This document shows, in pieces, positions 51,901 to 62,648 of a stretch of DNA of 64,000 nucleotides; positions within the stretch are counted from its first letter, which is position 1; each line of letters starts with the position of its first letter. This stretch comes from an uncultured delta proteobacterium (GTDB lineage: Bacteria > Myxococcota_A > Polyangia > Fen-1088). The translations under genes were made by a program, and so were the position numbers. Location of the stretch: positions 192,001 through 256,000 of the forward strand of contig CAVTRY010000021.1 in the NCBI GenBank assembly GCA_963737265.1, given 5' to 3'. The notes beneath the pieces were generated by a model. The model ran no database searches. It saw nothing but the letters and a program-made list of their open reading frames with translations, and was not told the origin of the DNA.

Positions 51901-52051
51901 CGGCGACCGGCTGGGCGCTGTCGCTATCGCGCACCTGACCGAGAATCGTGCCCTCGGTGGGCGCGGCTGCCGCCGCCTCGTGGGCTCGTAGCAAGCACAG
52001 CGATGCCGCCAACACAGAAGCGGGCCAAGCAGAGCCAAATTGTATTTTCAT
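48992..52051 (-). CDS. TonB-dependent receptor, Oar-like, with carboxypeptidase-regulatory-like domain
   Basis: Signal peptide, plug 'AEYG...GGVVN...KSGTN', 'FAPRIG..YD', C-terminal aromatic 'VWF'. Confidence 0.88.
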   Translation of the reverse strand: MKIQFGSAWPASVLAASLCLLRAHEAAAAAPTEGTILGQVRDSDSAQPVAGVTVVASGPEGDLATLTDDKGSYQFTALPIGRYTIRFHRNDVLAERDAAVSVDKTVRVNMRLPAVPAEAETIAAPYSAPAIDVGSSRIGTTFSADFVDGIPNAGADVASLMQKTPGAYDDTPTGYQGNFGVSLSGGTGADNAYYLEGLNVTSLRDGLLGTNLNVAFLEEAEVVSAGYGAEYGRALGGVVNMALKSGTNEWKGSAFSWVQPGWMSGSQQRILSTSTVLTGNTQPDYTTQMGVEVGGPIIKDKLFLWMGYVPEIGRSNFIQYTDRFVERDGTLATNPDGSPVVQPLFSRVIPGESTTQNYAGKLTWRIRPDHTLSLSLVGIRKDQEYMRGANMDLLAGMTQEQTNRQDIIAHWQSAFFQRHWRIDATLGLHTEGYSQRSPYGDAESANDVNWYNSPSLAQFNPQVAPLCQDDAVTGFQSCPVQGYQSGGYGIMHDVSAFRLAGQVKSTNIFTALGLHELKYGLDYEFNQYGDKVWNSGIDGSRGSVLVLPTGNTLPNGMPESAPTVYTLFQSPNNTYQDVADSTTRAFNSGAFIEESYLPVPNLTVNLGVRWETQRMTDYMGNTALSITDSFAPRIGVVYDPTKEGRSKIFAHYGQYYESIPMDLAERAFGGWGTLSTDYNPSCPPTAWSSSACKDQVLDSLPISGGRLPVQSNIKGSYNNEVVVGGQYQALRDLVVGASFVRRWLGRIIEDTGGSLVPDPITGNPTGPNLLGNITDPTWPKPERTYTALQLTANKRLAQNWFFSGSYAYSRLFGNYTGLYDADNGQLDPNASTQYDIKGLTANRYGPLPNDRPHVIHMDGYYRFAWGQHSLSPGLSFMGHSGQPITPVGTAPFEGPGETFILPRGSAGRTPFVTQLDVHLAYRTKLSKALSAEAFIDIFNVLNQKTALSVDNTYTYDQVMPQAPGTNLAQVPLADNNGSACGAKGTTCSAGFAAPNNPNYLHATSYQVPISGRLGARVWF

Positions 52052-52202
52052 TCCTCTTACCCTTCGAGGCGGCCGAGGCGGGAAAGGTCTCTATCGGCGG
52101 AACTTGGCGCCACCTTTAGGGAAATCTAAATGGGGAGCCCACCTCAGGCAACAACCGAGTGTCGGGACGTCGAGTCGACGGCCTGATTCGGCCACCAACC
52201 TG

Positions 52203-53687
52203 CTAGTCAAGCACGGTATCGCCCATCAGGTAGCGATCGGCGCCGATAGCGGCATCGCGGCCCTCGGCGATGGCCCACACGACGAGCGACTGGCCGCGCG
52301 CCATGTCGCCTGCTGCGAAGACGCCGGGGACGGAGGTCTGCTTGCTGGCGTCGGTCACAACATTGCCGCGGCCGTCGAGGTTCACCCCGAGATCGGCGAG
52401 TAGGCCGGTCTTCTCCGGACCAAGAAAGCCCATCGCCAAGAGCACCAAATCCGCCGGCAGCACACGCACCGTTCCTGGCACCTCTTCGATTTTCGGTGGC
52501 CCGCCCGCTTGCGCGACGAATCGCACCTCAACGACCTCGATGGCACACACGTGGCCCTTGTCGTCGCCAAGGATGCGCTTGGTCTGCACCTTGAATTCTC
52601 GCGGATCCTTGCCGAAGATCGCAGCGGCCTCTTCCTGGCCATAGTCGACGCGATAGATCTTCGGCCAGTTCGGCCAGGGGTTGTCGTCGGCTCGCGTCTC
52701 CGGCGGGCGCGAGAGCAATTCCAGTTGCATCAAGCTCTTGCAGTGATGCCGCAGCGACGTTCCGACGCAGTCGGTACCGGTGTCGCCGCCGCCGATGACG
52801 ATGACGTGTTTGTCCTTGGCCGAGATGAAGCCTGCCTCGGCCTTGCTACCGTCGAGCAAACGTTTGGTGTTGGCGGTGAGGAACTCCATGGCGAAGTGAA
52901 CCCCGGCAAGCTTGCGGCCCTCGACCGGCAAGTCGCGCGGGACCGTGGCGCCACCGCACAGCACGACCGCATCGAATTCCTTGCGCAATTTATCGGTCGA
53001 ATAGGTTTTGCCCACCTCGGTGTTGGTCTGAAACTTCACGCCCTCGTCCACGAGCAGCTTGATCCGCCGCTCGACGATGCCCTTGTCGAGCTTCATGGCG
53101 GGAATTCCATACATCATCAAACCGCCGATGCGATCGGCGCGCTCGAACACGGTCACGAGGTGGCCGGCTTGATTGAGCTCGGCGGCGCAGGCCAAACCGG
53201 CCGGACCCGACCCGACCACCGCGACCTTCTTGCCGGTGCGAAAGCTGGGCGGGCTGGCCACCACCCAGCCCTCGTCGAAGGCGCGGTCGGCGATGGCGCA
53301 TTCGTTCACCTTGATGGTGACCGGCGGCGCATTGATGCCGAGCACGCACGATCCCTCGCACGGCGCCGGACACACGCGACCGGTGACCTCGGGAAAGTTG
53401 TTGGTCCGGTGCAAACGGTCGATGGCTTCGCGCCAGCGGCCCTTGTAGACGAGATCGTTCCATTCGGGAATCAGGTTGTGCAGCGGACAACCGCTGGTCA
53501 GCCCGTCGATGATTTTTCCCGTGTGGCAAAAGGGCACGCCGCAGTCCATGCAACGCGCACCCTGCTCGCGCATGGTGGCTTCGGGCAGGTGCTTGTGGAA
53601 CTCGCGGTAGTCGGCAACCCGTTCGCCAGGCGGTCGTGAATCAGGAGTGACGCGAGAAAATTCGAGGAATCCGGTTGGCTGACCCAT
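52203..53687 (-). CDS. gltD: Glutamate synthase small subunit
   Basis: 'RCMDCGVPFC', 'TNNFPE.TGRVCPAPCE', 'GGGDTG.DC', 'RGQSLVVWAI.EGR'. Confidence 0.97.
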   Translation of the reverse strand: MGQPTGFLEFSRVTPDSRPPGERVADYREFHKHLPEATMREQGARCMDCGVPFCHTGKIIDGLTSGCPLHNLIPEWNDLVYKGRWREAIDRLHRTNNFPEVTGRVCPAPCEGSCVLGINAPPVTIKVNECAIADRAFDEGWVVASPPSFRTGKKVAVVGSGPAGLACAAELNQAGHLVTVFERADRIGGLMMYGIPAMKLDKGIVERRIKLLVDEGVKFQTNTEVGKTYSTDKLRKEFDAVVLCGGATVPRDLPVEGRKLAGVHFAMEFLTANTKRLLDGSKAEAGFISAKDKHVIVIGGGDTGTDCVGTSLRHHCKSLMQLELLSRPPETRADDNPWPNWPKIYRVDYGQEEAAAIFGKDPREFKVQTKRILGDDKGHVCAIEVVEVRFVAQAGGPPKIEEVPGTVRVLPADLVLLAMGFLGPEKTGLLADLGVNLDGRGNVVTDASKQTSVPGVFAAGDMARGQSLVVWAIAEGRDAAIGADRYLMGDTVLD

Positions 53688-53695
53688 GCCTGGTC

Positions 53696-56600
53696 TTACT
53701 TTCCGTGGATGCGAGCGGCGTCTTTGGAATTGAGCTCGAACGCGGCCATCTCGGCCTCTTCGCGCGAGAGGCCACTGGCCAGCATCTTGTTCTGAGCTTC
53801 GAGAACTCGGCGATAGTCGTTGGGAATCACGCGCACGAACAGCGGCCGGAACAGCGACCAACTGACCAGGATGTTGCGCGCACGCTTGCTATCCGTCAGT
53901 TCGAGGTGGCGGCGAAGCATGGTAAGCACCGTTTCGATTTCGGCGGGATCATCGAGAGGTCCGATGCCCACCATCTCGGCGTTGCAGTTGTGGCGCAGCT
54001 CGCGGTTCTCGTCGAGCACGTAGGCGATGCCACCCGACATGCCAGCCGCGAAATTGCGCCCCGTGGGACCCAGGATGACGACCCGGCCGCCGGTCATGTA
54101 CTCGCACCCGTGATCCCCCACGCCCTCAACCACGGCGTCGGCGCCGCTGTTGCGCACGCAAAATCGTTCGCCGGCCAAGCCACGGATGTACGCTTCGCCG
54201 CTGGTGGCGCCGTAAAGCGCGACGTTGCCGACGATGACGTTTTGTTCGACCACAAAGGTGGCGTCGGCCGGCGGGTAGACGACCAGCTTGCCACCCGACA
54301 ACCCCTTGCCGACGTAGTCGTTGGCGTCGCCTTCGAGTGCGAAGGTCACGCCCTTGGGGACGAAGGCCATGAAGCTCTGCCCGGCCGAGCCCTTGAAGTG
54401 AACGTGGATGGTGTCCTCGGGCAAGCCTTCTGGGCCGTATCGTCGCGTGATTTCGCTGCCGAGGCGAGTTCCCACCGTCCGGTTGACGTTGCGAATGGGG
54501 AAGCTCGCGCGAACCTTCCGCTTCTCATCGAGCGCCGGCCGGCACGTCGGAATGAGCTTCATGTCGTCGAATTCGTCTTCGATACCGTGCTTCTGCGCGA
54601 CGGTGCAGTGTCGCCCCACGCTGACCGGGATCTCGGCTTGGTGGAGAATGGAGCTCAAATCCACGCCCTTGGCCTTCCAGTGGTCGAGGGCGGCGTGCAT
54701 CTCCAGGCACTCGCTGTGACCGACCGCCTCGGCCAGGGTTCGGAACCCAAGTTGGGCGAGCAGCTCGCGCACGTCGCGCGCCACGAAGCGCATGAAGTTC
54801 ACCACGTGCTCGGGTTTTCCCGCGAAGCGGTGGCGCAGCTCGGGATCCTGGGTGGCGATGCCGGCCGGGCAGGTATTGAGGTGACAGGCGCGCATCATGA
54901 CGCAGCCCAGGGACACCAGCGGCGCCGAGGCAAAACCAAACTCCTCCGCGCCCAGCAGCGTTGCCACCATGACGTCGCGGCCGGTCTTGAGCTGGCCGTC
55001 GGTCTCGATGGCCACGCGGCTGCGCAGATCGTTGAGCAGCAGCACCTGGTGGGTCTCCGCTAGGCCAAGCTCCCACGGCCCACCCGCATGCTTGATGCTG
55101 GTGAGCGGCGAGGCGCCGGTGCCGCCATCGTGACCGCTGATGAGAATCACGTCCGCCTTGGCCTTGGCCACGCCTGCCGCCACGGTTCCCACGCCCACCT
55201 CGGCGACCAGCTTAACGCTGATGCGCGCCCGATCGTTCGAGCACTTCAGATCGTGGATGAGCTGGGCCAGATCTTCGATGGAATAGATGTCGTGATGGGG
55301 CGGCGGCGAGATCAGCCCAACGCCGGGCGTGCTATGGCGGACCTTGGCGATCCACGGATAGACCTTCTTGCCCGGCAACTGACCGCCCTCGCCGGGCTTC
55401 GCCCCCTGGGCCATCTTGATTTGAAGCTCGGACGCGTTGGTGAGGTAGTCGCTGGTCACGCCGAAACGCCCCGACGCCACCTGCTTGATCGCGCTGCGCT
55501 TGGAATCGCCGTTGGCCATGGGTTTGAAGCGCTCGGGATCCTCGCCGCCCTCGCCGGTATTGCTGCGACCGCCGAGACGGTTCATGGCGATGGCAAGCGT
55601 CTCGTGCGCTTCCTTGCTGATCGAGCCGTACGACATGGCGCCGGTCTTGAACCGCTTGACGATGGCCTCGATGGGCTCGACCTCGTCGATGGAAATCGGC
55701 TGGCGCGAGGAACGAAATCCCATCAGTCCGCGCAAGGTGTTGTGGTTCTTCGACTGGTTGTTGATGAGCTCGGCGAACTGCTTGTACGCGGAATAGCTGT
55801 TCGTTTGCGTGGCGTTTTGCAATCTCGCGATGGCTTCGGGACTGAAAAGATGGCTTTCGCCGTCGCTGCGATAGCGGTATTCGCCGCCGGTATCGAGCCC
55901 CGTGCGCGCCACTGGACGGCTGGGATAGCCGCGCGCATGACGGCGGCGCGCCTCCTCGGCGATCACGTCGAGCCCGACGCCGCCGACGCGAGACGCGGTT
56001 CCGCAGAAGTAGCGATCCACGACATCCGGATGAAGACCGATGGCTTCGAAGACCTGTGCGCCGTGGTAGCTCTGCACGGTCGAGATCCCCATCTTGGAAA
56101 TGACCTTCACCACGCCTTTGACGGCCGCGCTGACGTAGTGCTTGCGCGCGTTGTCCGCGTTGGCCTTGAGGATGCCTTGTCTGACCATGTCGTCGACGGT
56201 TTCGAGCGCCAGGTAAGGATCGACCGCGCTCGCGCCGTAGCCGATGAGCAGGCAGAAGTCGTGCACCTCGCGCGGCTCGCCGCTTTCGACGATGAGGCAG
56301 GTTTGCGTTCGGGTGGCTTCGCGCAGGAGGTGGTGGTGGACGGCCGCGCAGGCGAGCAGGGCCGGAATGGGCGCCAGGTCGCGGGTGTGGTCGCGATCGG
56401 AAAGGATGATGACGCCGCAACCTTCGCACACCGCCGCCGCGGCCTTGGCGCAAAGCTCGTCGAGCGCCTCTTTGAGCGCCGCCTCGCCACCCGCGGCGCG
56501 AAACAGCGTGGGCAACGTGCGCGAGCGGAAGCCCCGGCTGGTCGCCGAACCGTCGAGGGCGCGCAACTGCTCGCTCTCGGCATTGCACAGCACGGGACCA

Positions 56601-58363
56601 GAGAGGTCGATCTGGTGGGCGGATTCGGGCTGCGGATCGAAGAGATTGCGCTCGGGACCGATGGTGGTACCGGCGGCCATGATGAGCTCTTCGCGAATGG
56701 CGTCCACCGGCGGATTGGTCACCTGGGCAAAGAGCTGCTTGAAGTAGCTGAACAGGCTCTGCGGGCGATTGGACAACACGGCCAGCGGCGTGTCCGTGCC
56801 CATGGAGCCGATGCCCTCGCCGCCGGTTTCGGCCATGGGCGTGATGAGACGAATGTCCTCGGTGGTGTACCCGAACGTGCGCTGGCCGACTTCGAGCGCC
56901 TTGTGGTCGAGCGGTGGCTTGTCCGCGCCAGGCGGCAGCTCGAACAGAAACACGCGCTGCTCGTCGAGCCACTTGCCGTAGGGAAGCGCGGTCGCCATCT
57001 TGGACTTGATCTCTTCGTCCGCAATCACGCGCTTCTCGGCGGTATCCACCAGGAACATGCGGCCGGGCTGGATGCGCCCCTTGTGCGACACCTCGGACGG
57101 GGGAATGTCGAGCACGCCGGTTTCCGACGCCATCACCACCATGCCGTCCTTGGTGATGGTGTAGCGCAAGGGCCGCAAACCATTGCGGTCGAGCACGCAG
57201 CCGATCTGCACGCCGTCGCTGAAGGCCACGGCCGCGGGACCGTCCCACGGCTCCATCAAACAGGAATGGTACTCGTAAAAGGCGCGCTTCTCGGGACTCA
57301 TGGTTTTGTGCTTGTGCCACGGCTCCGGGATCATCATCATCACGGCGTGGGGCAGCGAACGCCCGCCCATGACCAAGGCTTCGAGCACGTTGTCGAACAT
57401 GGCCGAGTCGCTGCCGGATTGGTCGACGACCGGCCGCAAGTGGTTGATGTCGTCGCCAAAAAGCGGCGAAGCCAGCTGGCTTTCGCGCGCGCTCATCCAG
57501 TTGACGTTGCCGCGCAGGGTGTTGATTTCCCCGTTGTGCGCGACCAGGCGATAGGGATGCGCGCGCGACCAACTGGGGAAGGTGTTGGTGGAAAAACGCG
57601 AGTGCACCAGCGCCAGCGCCGAAACCACCGAGAGCTCGGACAAGTCGGGGAAATACGAATCGAGCTGATCGGCCTTGAGCATGCCTTTGTAGACAAGGGT
57701 TCGCGCCGACAGGCTGCAGACGTAGAAGTCGCCACGCCCGGCGATGTCGCTCGCGCGGACGAGCTTCTCCGCCGCACGGCGAACCAGGCAAAGCCGGCGC
57801 TCGAAGGCGGCGACGTCGGCCACGCCTGCGCCACGCCCGACGAATACTTGGCGGATGAGAGGCCGGGACTCGGCCGCGCTCTTGCCGAGTCCGGTCGGGT
57901 TCGCCGGAACATCCCGCCAGCCCAGAACCTTCTGGCCGAGCAGCGCAACCGACTCTTCGAACAGCTGCTCGCAGCGAGCGCCGTCTTGGCTGTCCCGAGG
58001 CAAGAACACCATGCCCACGCCGTACTCCTCGACCGCGGGGAGCGCGATACCCAAGCTTGACGCCACATTGCGCATAAAGGCATCTGGAATCTGCAGCAAG
58101 ATGCCGGCACCGTCGCCGGTGTTCTCCTCGCAACCGCAGGCGCCGCGATGGGCGAGGTTTTCTAGCACCTGGATCGCGTTGCGAACGATCTGGTTCGACT
58201 TTCGCCCTTGGACGTCCACCACCAGCCCCACGCCGCACGCGTCGTGCTCGTCTCGTGGATCGTAAAGTCCTTCTGCCTCGCGCTGCTGGTAGGGGATCTG
58301 TTGCTTTCGTGAATTGTCGATGCTGCTCATTTCGTATTGCTCCGGCGCGCTCGCCTGCAACAT
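53696..58363 (-). CDS. gltB: Glutamate synthase large subunit (alternative start 58330)
   Basis: 'EHDACGVG', 'HSRFSTNT', 'MSYGSIS', '[10 protein letters not shown]', '[13 protein letters not shown]'. Confidence 0.98.
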   Translation of the reverse strand: MLQASAPEQYEMSSIDNSRKQQIPYQQREAEGLYDPRDEHDACGVGLVVDVQGRKSNQIVRNAIQVLENLAHRGACGCEENTGDGAGILLQIPDAFMRNVASSLGIALPAVEEYGVGMVFLPRDSQDGARCEQLFEESVALLGQKVLGWRDVPANPTGLGKSAAESRPLIRQVFVGRGAGVADVAAFERRLCLVRRAAEKLVRASDIAGRGDFYVCSLSARTLVYKGMLKADQLDSYFPDLSELSVVSALALVHSRFSTNTFPSWSRAHPYRLVAHNGEINTLRGNVNWMSARESQLASPLFGDDINHLRPVVDQSGSDSAMFDNVLEALVMGGRSLPHAVMMMIPEPWHKHKTMSPEKRAFYEYHSCLMEPWDGPAAVAFSDGVQIGCVLDRNGLRPLRYTITKDGMVVMASETGVLDIPPSEVSHKGRIQPGRMFLVDTAEKRVIADEEIKSKMATALPYGKWLDEQRVFLFELPPGADKPPLDHKALEVGQRTFGYTTEDIRLITPMAETGGEGIGSMGTDTPLAVLSNRPQSLFSYFKQLFAQVTNPPVDAIREELIMAAGTTIGPERNLFDPQPESAHQIDLSGPVLCNAESEQLRALDGSATSRGFRSRTLPTLFRAAGGEAALKEALDELCAKAAAAVCEGCGVIILSDRDHTRDLAPIPALLACAAVHHHLLREATRTQTCLIVESGEPREVHDFCLLIGYGASAVDPYLALETVDDMVRQGILKANADNARKHYVSAAVKGVVKVISKMGISTVQSYHGAQVFEAIGLHPDVVDRYFCGTASRVGGVGLDVIAEEARRRHARGYPSRPVARTGLDTGGEYRYRSDGESHLFSPEAIARLQNATQTNSYSAYKQFAELINNQSKNHNTLRGLMGFRSSRQPISIDEVEPIEAIVKRFKTGAMSYGSISKEAHETLAIAMNRLGGRSNTGEGGEDPERFKPMANGDSKRSAIKQVASGRFGVTSDYLTNASELQIKMAQGAKPGEGGQLPGKKVYPWIAKVRHSTPGVGLISPPPHHDIYSIEDLAQLIHDLKCSNDRARISVKLVAEVGVGTVAAGVAKAKADVILISGHDGGTGASPLTSIKHAGGPWELGLAETHQVLLLNDLRSRVAIETDGQLKTGRDVMVATLLGAEEFGFASAPLVSLGCVMMRACHLNTCPAGIATQDPELRHRFAGKPEHVVNFMRFVARDVRELLAQLGFRTLAEAVGHSECLEMHAALDHWKAKGVDLSSILHQAEIPVSVGRHCTVAQKHGIEDEFDDMKLIPTCRPALDEKRKVRASFPIRNVNRTVGTRLGSEITRRYGPEGLPEDTIHVHFKGSAGQSFMAFVPKGVTFALEGDANDYVGKGLSGGKLVVYPPADATFVVEQNVIVGNVALYGATSGEAYIRGLAGERFCVRNSGADAVVEGVGDHGCEYMTGGRVVILGPTGRNFAAGMSGGIAYVLDENRELRHNCNAEMVGIGPLDDPAEIETVLTMLRRHLELTDSKRARNILVSWSLFRPLFVRVIPNDYRRVLEAQNKMLASGLSREEAEMAAFELNSKDAARIHGK

Positions 58364-58449
58364 TTCTATATACTAGGAGGGAACCCTAACGTCCGGGCTT
58401 ATCGTCAGCAAACCATCGCGTGGCGGCCAGAACTAGAATTTCCGAAGCG

Positions 58450-58476
58450 GAAATATAGTAGAAACAAATCGGACAC
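58450..58476. promoter_or_regulatory. Putative OmpR/GlnR-type binding site
   Basis: GAAAT-N6-GAAAC-N6-GACAC (11-bp period) between gltB and the divergent regulator. Confidence 0.45.
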
Positions 58477-58573
58477 AAACCCGTGGGGTTAGTCGGACGC
58501 GAAACATGACGACGCCCGACCGTGCCTAATTCAACTGTTGTTTGCGACCGGGCTAGGATATGTTTCGTAACCA

Positions 58574-59269
58574 ATGCGATCCCTCGTGGTTACTTCCCGA
58601 CCGCAACTTGGCGCCTCCGAACCAGACTCTCCCGCCGCGGCACTTCGTGAGCTCGGGTGCGAGGTCGTCGCGGTAGGCTACGACCTCGATGAGCTGCCGG
58701 ACGACATCGAGCACGTGCGACCATCGGTGGTGGTGGTCGACGCCGGACCGCATCTGGAAGTCGGGCGGGCCGTGGTCAAGCGGGCCAAGCAACTCTCAAC
58801 CCTCGCCGACATCCCGATTCTTCTGTGCATCGAGGTGTCCCGCCTGGCAGGGCTCGATCCCGAGCTCGGCATGGACGATTTCATCCTGTCGCCCATCGTC
58901 GGTCCGGAGCTTTACGCACGCGTGCGCCAGCTCGACTGGCGACTCTCCTCGTTCTCGGCCGCCGGCCGCATCAAGCTTGGCGACTTGGTCATCGACACGG
59001 TAGCGGTGGAAGCCACCTTCCGCGGGCGAGTGCTGAAACTGCCCAGGCAAGAATTCCAGTTACTCAAGTTCCTGGCCGCAGGCACGGGCCGTGTGTTCAC
59101 GCGCGAGCAGCTCCTGTCGCGCGTCTGGGGCTATCGCTACACCGGCAACACGCGCACGGTCGACATCCATGTGCGGCGCCTGCGTTCCAAGCTCGGAACG
59201 GGCGCGGACATGATCGAGACCGTGCGCCATGTCGGCTACAAGATGAAGTCGCCAGTGTCGACACCTTGA
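58574..59269 (+). CDS. OmpR-family response regulator, GlnR-like atypical receiver
   Basis: wHTH 'EFQLLKFL...GRVFTREQLL..VWGY.Y.G.TRTVDIHVRRLRSKLG'; the receiver lacks the acidic pair and the conserved Lys ('DDFILSP'). Confidence 0.8.
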   Translation: MRSLVVTSRPQLGASEPDSPAAALRELGCEVVAVGYDLDELPDDIEHVRPSVVVVDAGPHLEVGRAVVKRAKQLSTLADIPILLCIEVSRLAGLDPELGMDDFILSPIVGPELYARVRQLDWRLSSFSAAGRIKLGDLVIDTVAVEATFRGRVLKLPRQEFQLLKFLAAGTGRVFTREQLLSRVWGYRYTGNTRTVDIHVRRLRSKLGTGADMIETVRHVGYKMKSPVSTP

Positions 59270-60159
59270 GCGCGCACGCCGTGCCCGCAGCCAGAAAGAA
59301 GCGCAGGATCCGAGTCGCCTTTCAAGGCGAGCGCGGGGCTTTCTCCGAGGAAGCCGCCCGGCGCATTCTCGGCAAGACCTTCGAGCCCTGTCCCAAACGC
59401 GAATTCGAACAGATGTTCGAAGCGGTGATCCGTGACGAAGCCGATTGCGCCATCGTGCCCATGGAAAACACCCTCGCCGGCTCGGTGATCAAAAACTACG
59501 ACCTTCTCGTCGACTACGATTTGGAAGTCATCGGCGAGGTCGTGCTGCGCGTTGCCCACAACCTGATTGCCGCCAAGGGAACGCGCCTCGCCTCGGTGCG
59601 GAAGATCTACTCCCATCCGGTGGCGCTCGCTCAATGCGAAGATTTCCTGCGCCGCCTGCGCGGGGAAGTACCGAGCCTCGAAGTCCTGCCGGCCTACGAC
59701 ACCGCGGGCGCAGTCAAGATGGTTGTCGAGAACGGCCGGCGCGACGAAGCGGCCATCGCCAGCCACATCGCCGCCACGACCTACCACGCGCAGATTCTCG
59801 CCGCCGGTATCGAAAGCAACCCGCAAAATTTCACCCGCTTCTTCGTCATGGCTCGGCCCGACCGACGCAAGACAATTCCGCTCAAGAACCGCGCCAAAGC
59901 GCTCAAGACCAGCATCGTGTTCCGCACCACCAACAAACCCGGTGCGCTTTTCCACGCCCTCGAGGCCTTCGCCAAGGGGAAGATCGATCTCACCAAGATC
60001 GAATCGCGGCCCATCGTCGGCCGGCCGTGGGAGTATTCTTTCTATCTGGATTTCCTCGGCGACCGCAACACCCCGGCCGCGCGTCGCGCATTGGCCAGCC
60101 TGACCTACGTCGCCGAGAGCCTGCGCATCTTCGGCACCTACCCACGTGCGGATGCGTAG
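59266..60159 (+). CDS. pheA: Prephenate dehydratase with ACT domain
   Basis: 'VAFQGERGAFSE', 'SHP.ALAQC', 'NFTRF', 'LTKIESRP'. Confidence 0.95.
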   Translation: MSAHAVPAARKKRRIRVAFQGERGAFSEEAARRILGKTFEPCPKREFEQMFEAVIRDEADCAIVPMENTLAGSVIKNYDLLVDYDLEVIGEVVLRVAHNLIAAKGTRLASVRKIYSHPVALAQCEDFLRRLRGEVPSLEVLPAYDTAGAVKMVVENGRRDEAAIASHIAATTYHAQILAAGIESNPQNFTRFFVMARPDRRKTIPLKNRAKALKTSIVFRTTNKPGALFHALEAFAKGKIDLTKIESRPIVGRPWEYSFYLDFLGDRNTPAARRALASLTYVAESLRIFGTYPRADA

Positions 60160-60162
60160 CCC

Positions 60163-61050
60163 ATGTTGACCATTGATCTGCGAGGAAAACGCGCCCTGGT
60201 CGCAGGCGTCGCCGACGATGGTGGGTTTGGTTTTGCCATCGCCAAAGCCCTGGCCGAGGCCGGCGCTTCGGTGTGCATCGGCACGTGGCCGCCAGCGCTC
60301 GGAATCTTTCAGACCATGCTCGATCGGGGAAAATATGACGACTCGTTGACCCTTTCGCATGGCGGAAAGCTCGCGTTTGAACGCATTTATCCGCTCGACG
60401 CCGCGTTCGACGAGCTGTCGGACATTCCGGCGGAAACGCGCGAGAGCAAACGCTACCGCGACCACGGAGATGTGAGCATCCAGGGCTTGGCGAATCGTCT
60501 GTCGGCGGACTTCGGTCCCGCGTGCCTCGACGTCGTCGTTCACAGCCTGGCCAATGCCCCAGAGGTAAAGAATCCCCTGCTCGAAACCAGCCGCAAGGGG
60601 TACCTGGCCGCGCTCGGAACCAGCGCCTTTTCCTTCGCATCGCTTTTGCGCCGGCTGGGACCGCTCACGAATCCGGGTGGATCGTTCCTCACGCTTTCCT
60701 ACCTCGCCGGCGAACGGGTCGTGCCCGGCTACGGAGGCGGCATGTCGTCGGCCAAGGCCGCCTTGGAAAGCGACATGCGCACGCTGTCCTACGAGGCGGG
60801 ACGAAAGTGGGCGATTCGGGTCAATGCAATTTCGGCCGGCCCGATGGCTTCGAGAGCGGCGAACGCCATTGGTCGGATTCAGGACTCCATCGAACACCAT
60901 CGCGCGACATCGCCGCTGGCCGAAGCGATTTCCGCCGCCGAGGTTGCCAGCGCGGCAGCCTTTCTTTCCAGCCATTTGGCCTCGGGAATTACCGGGACGA
61001 CACTCTACGTGGACAAGGGCTACCACGCCATGGGCGTGACCAGCGTCTAG
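60163..61050 (+). CDS. fabI: Enoyl-ACP reductase (plant/Chlamydia-type FabI)
   Basis: 'AGVADD.GFG.AIAK', 'GTWPP', 'HSLAN.PEV..PLLETSR.GY', 'YGGGMSSAKAALESD'. Confidence 0.92.
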   Translation: MLTIDLRGKRALVAGVADDGGFGFAIAKALAEAGASVCIGTWPPALGIFQTMLDRGKYDDSLTLSHGGKLAFERIYPLDAAFDELSDIPAETRESKRYRDHGDVSIQGLANRLSADFGPACLDVVVHSLANAPEVKNPLLETSRKGYLAALGTSAFSFASLLRRLGPLTNPGGSFLTLSYLAGERVVPGYGGGMSSAKAALESDMRTLSYEAGRKWAIRVNAISAGPMASRAANAIGRIQDSIEHHRATSPLAEAISAAEVASAAAFLSSHLASGITGTTLYVDKGYHAMGVTSV

Positions 61051-61068
61051 GGTTCGGCGGAGTCGCCT

Positions 61069-62634
61069 TTGCCTGAGCTGCAGCGCCTATCCTGGATCCT
61101 AGCACTCCTCGCGTCGGTGCCCATCGCGGAACGGATCGCCCAAGCCGCGGAAACAGCCGCGATCGGCGAAGATGCGGTGGACAGGATGATTGACCTCAAC
61201 AAAAAGGCGTTCGCCGATATTCAGAGCTCGCGCTTCGACGCCGCCAGGTACCGGTTGCAAGAAGCGCTCGTCATCGGCGAAACCGCCGGTCTCGAAGACG
61301 ATGAGATTACGGCGCGGACCTATGTTCATCTTGCAGCCGTGTGCCTGACCGGCTTCAAGAACCGCGACGAGGCCGTCACACAGTTCATGACCGGGCTCAA
61401 GCTCAATCCCAACATCACGATCACCGTCGGCCTTGAGACCCCTGCGCTGAAATCCGCCTATTTGCTGGCGCGCAAGCGGATGGGCCTTCCGCCCAACCCC
61501 GACACGATTTCCTCTCCATTGCCGTTACCGTCATCTTCCGCCGGGCCAGCGACGGAATTGGCGGTCACGACGCCATCGCCAGTGGCGGAAACCACGACCA
61601 TCACCAAGCAGACTCGCGGCAGCGCGGGTGGAACCGAGGATCCGGATCCACCGGTCCGCATCCGCGTTCCGCTCTATTGTCCCCTGCCCTTCGAGATTCC
61701 GGCTGGACAAGACCTCGTCGTGCGCTGTCTCACGCGTAAACCGCAAAAGAAGTGGAGCGCGACCTTCTACTATCGGCGGGAAGGGGCGACCGGGGCCGAC
61801 TACAGCGCCTTGACAATGGACCACAGCCCCAAGGGCTGGCTGGTCGGGACCATCCCGGGCGACGCCATCCACGCCAGGTCGCTCTCGTACTACGTTCAGG
61901 CGCAAATTGCGGGTTCGCCCGAAACCTTGTCCTGGGGGCGCCCCGATGCGCCGAACGCCTTCATTGTCAAGGAGGATGACGAGTCCGACGCCGGACGTGG
62001 GCGTGCCGCTCGAACCCGACAGCGTGGAGCAGCTTGGATTTCAGTCGCCAGCGGCTCGGGCGTCGCCCTGCATGGAAGACAGTCAGTCGACAGCGGCGCA
62101 CCCGTCCCCGTCCATGCGGGTTTCTCGCCGGCCGGCCTTCTTCAGATCGAACCCGAGGTCGGCTATCAATGGAGCGAAAGACTCGCCGTGTCCGTCATGG
62201 CAAGGTATCAAGTCGCGCCCAAGGACAGCGACGGATACGTGCCCCGCCCCGGGGAAAGGGATATTCTGACCTCGGCCCTGGCAGGTTTCGTGCGGGCCCA
62301 ATTTGGATTCCTGCCGCACGACCATTTCCAACCCCACGCCTCGGGCGGACTCGGCCTTGGCAACAGCTTTCTCGCCAACGTAAAAAAACAATGCAGCGAC
62401 AGCTCCTGCACGCTCAACCACAGCGACACGCTTCATGGTGGCCCGATCGGCTTCATCCTTGGCACCGGCGCCTTCTTTCCAGTGAGCCCGGCCTTTGGCG
62501 TCTTTGTCGACGTGAACGAAATCGCAACCCTACCTCGGTTCATGGTGCTCACCGAGGTCAACCTGGGCATTACCGTCACGCTCGACCGTAAAGAGCGGAG
62601 CCCGTCTCGCAGGCCGAGCAACGCCGGTTTGTAG
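61069..62634 (+). CDS. Hypothetical exported protein (TPR-like N-terminus, Ig-like middle, beta-barrel-like C-terminus)
   Basis: Long ORF with amphipathic beta-strand pattern at the C-terminus; start uncertain. Confidence 0.6.
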   Translation: MPELQRLSWILALLASVPIAERIAQAAETAAIGEDAVDRMIDLNKKAFADIQSSRFDAARYRLQEALVIGETAGLEDDEITARTYVHLAAVCLTGFKNRDEAVTQFMTGLKLNPNITITVGLETPALKSAYLLARKRMGLPPNPDTISSPLPLPSSSAGPATELAVTTPSPVAETTTITKQTRGSAGGTEDPDPPVRIRVPLYCPLPFEIPAGQDLVVRCLTRKPQKKWSATFYYRREGATGADYSALTMDHSPKGWLVGTIPGDAIHARSLSYYVQAQIAGSPETLSWGRPDAPNAFIVKEDDESDAGRGRAARTRQRGAAWISVASGSGVALHGRQSVDSGAPVPVHAGFSPAGLLQIEPEVGYQWSERLAVSVMARYQVAPKDSDGYVPRPGERDILTSALAGFVRAQFGFLPHDHFQPHASGGLGLGNSFLANVKKQCSDSSCTLNHSDTLHGGPIGFILGTGAFFPVSPAFGVFVDVNEIATLPRFMVLTEVNLGITVTLDRKERSPSRRPSNAGL

Positions 62635-62648
62635 TTCGGTGCTCTAGT

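Noticed and set aside
52052-52202. Riboswitch upstream of the TonB-dependent receptor
   Set aside because: No cobalamin, TPP or other conserved aptamer motif recognised
53675-58238. Very long antisense and alternative-frame ORFs over gltB (similar ones over dnaK, ribF and the HEAT gene)
   Set aside because: Expected shadow ORFs from stop-codon scarcity at high GC; no recognisable motifs
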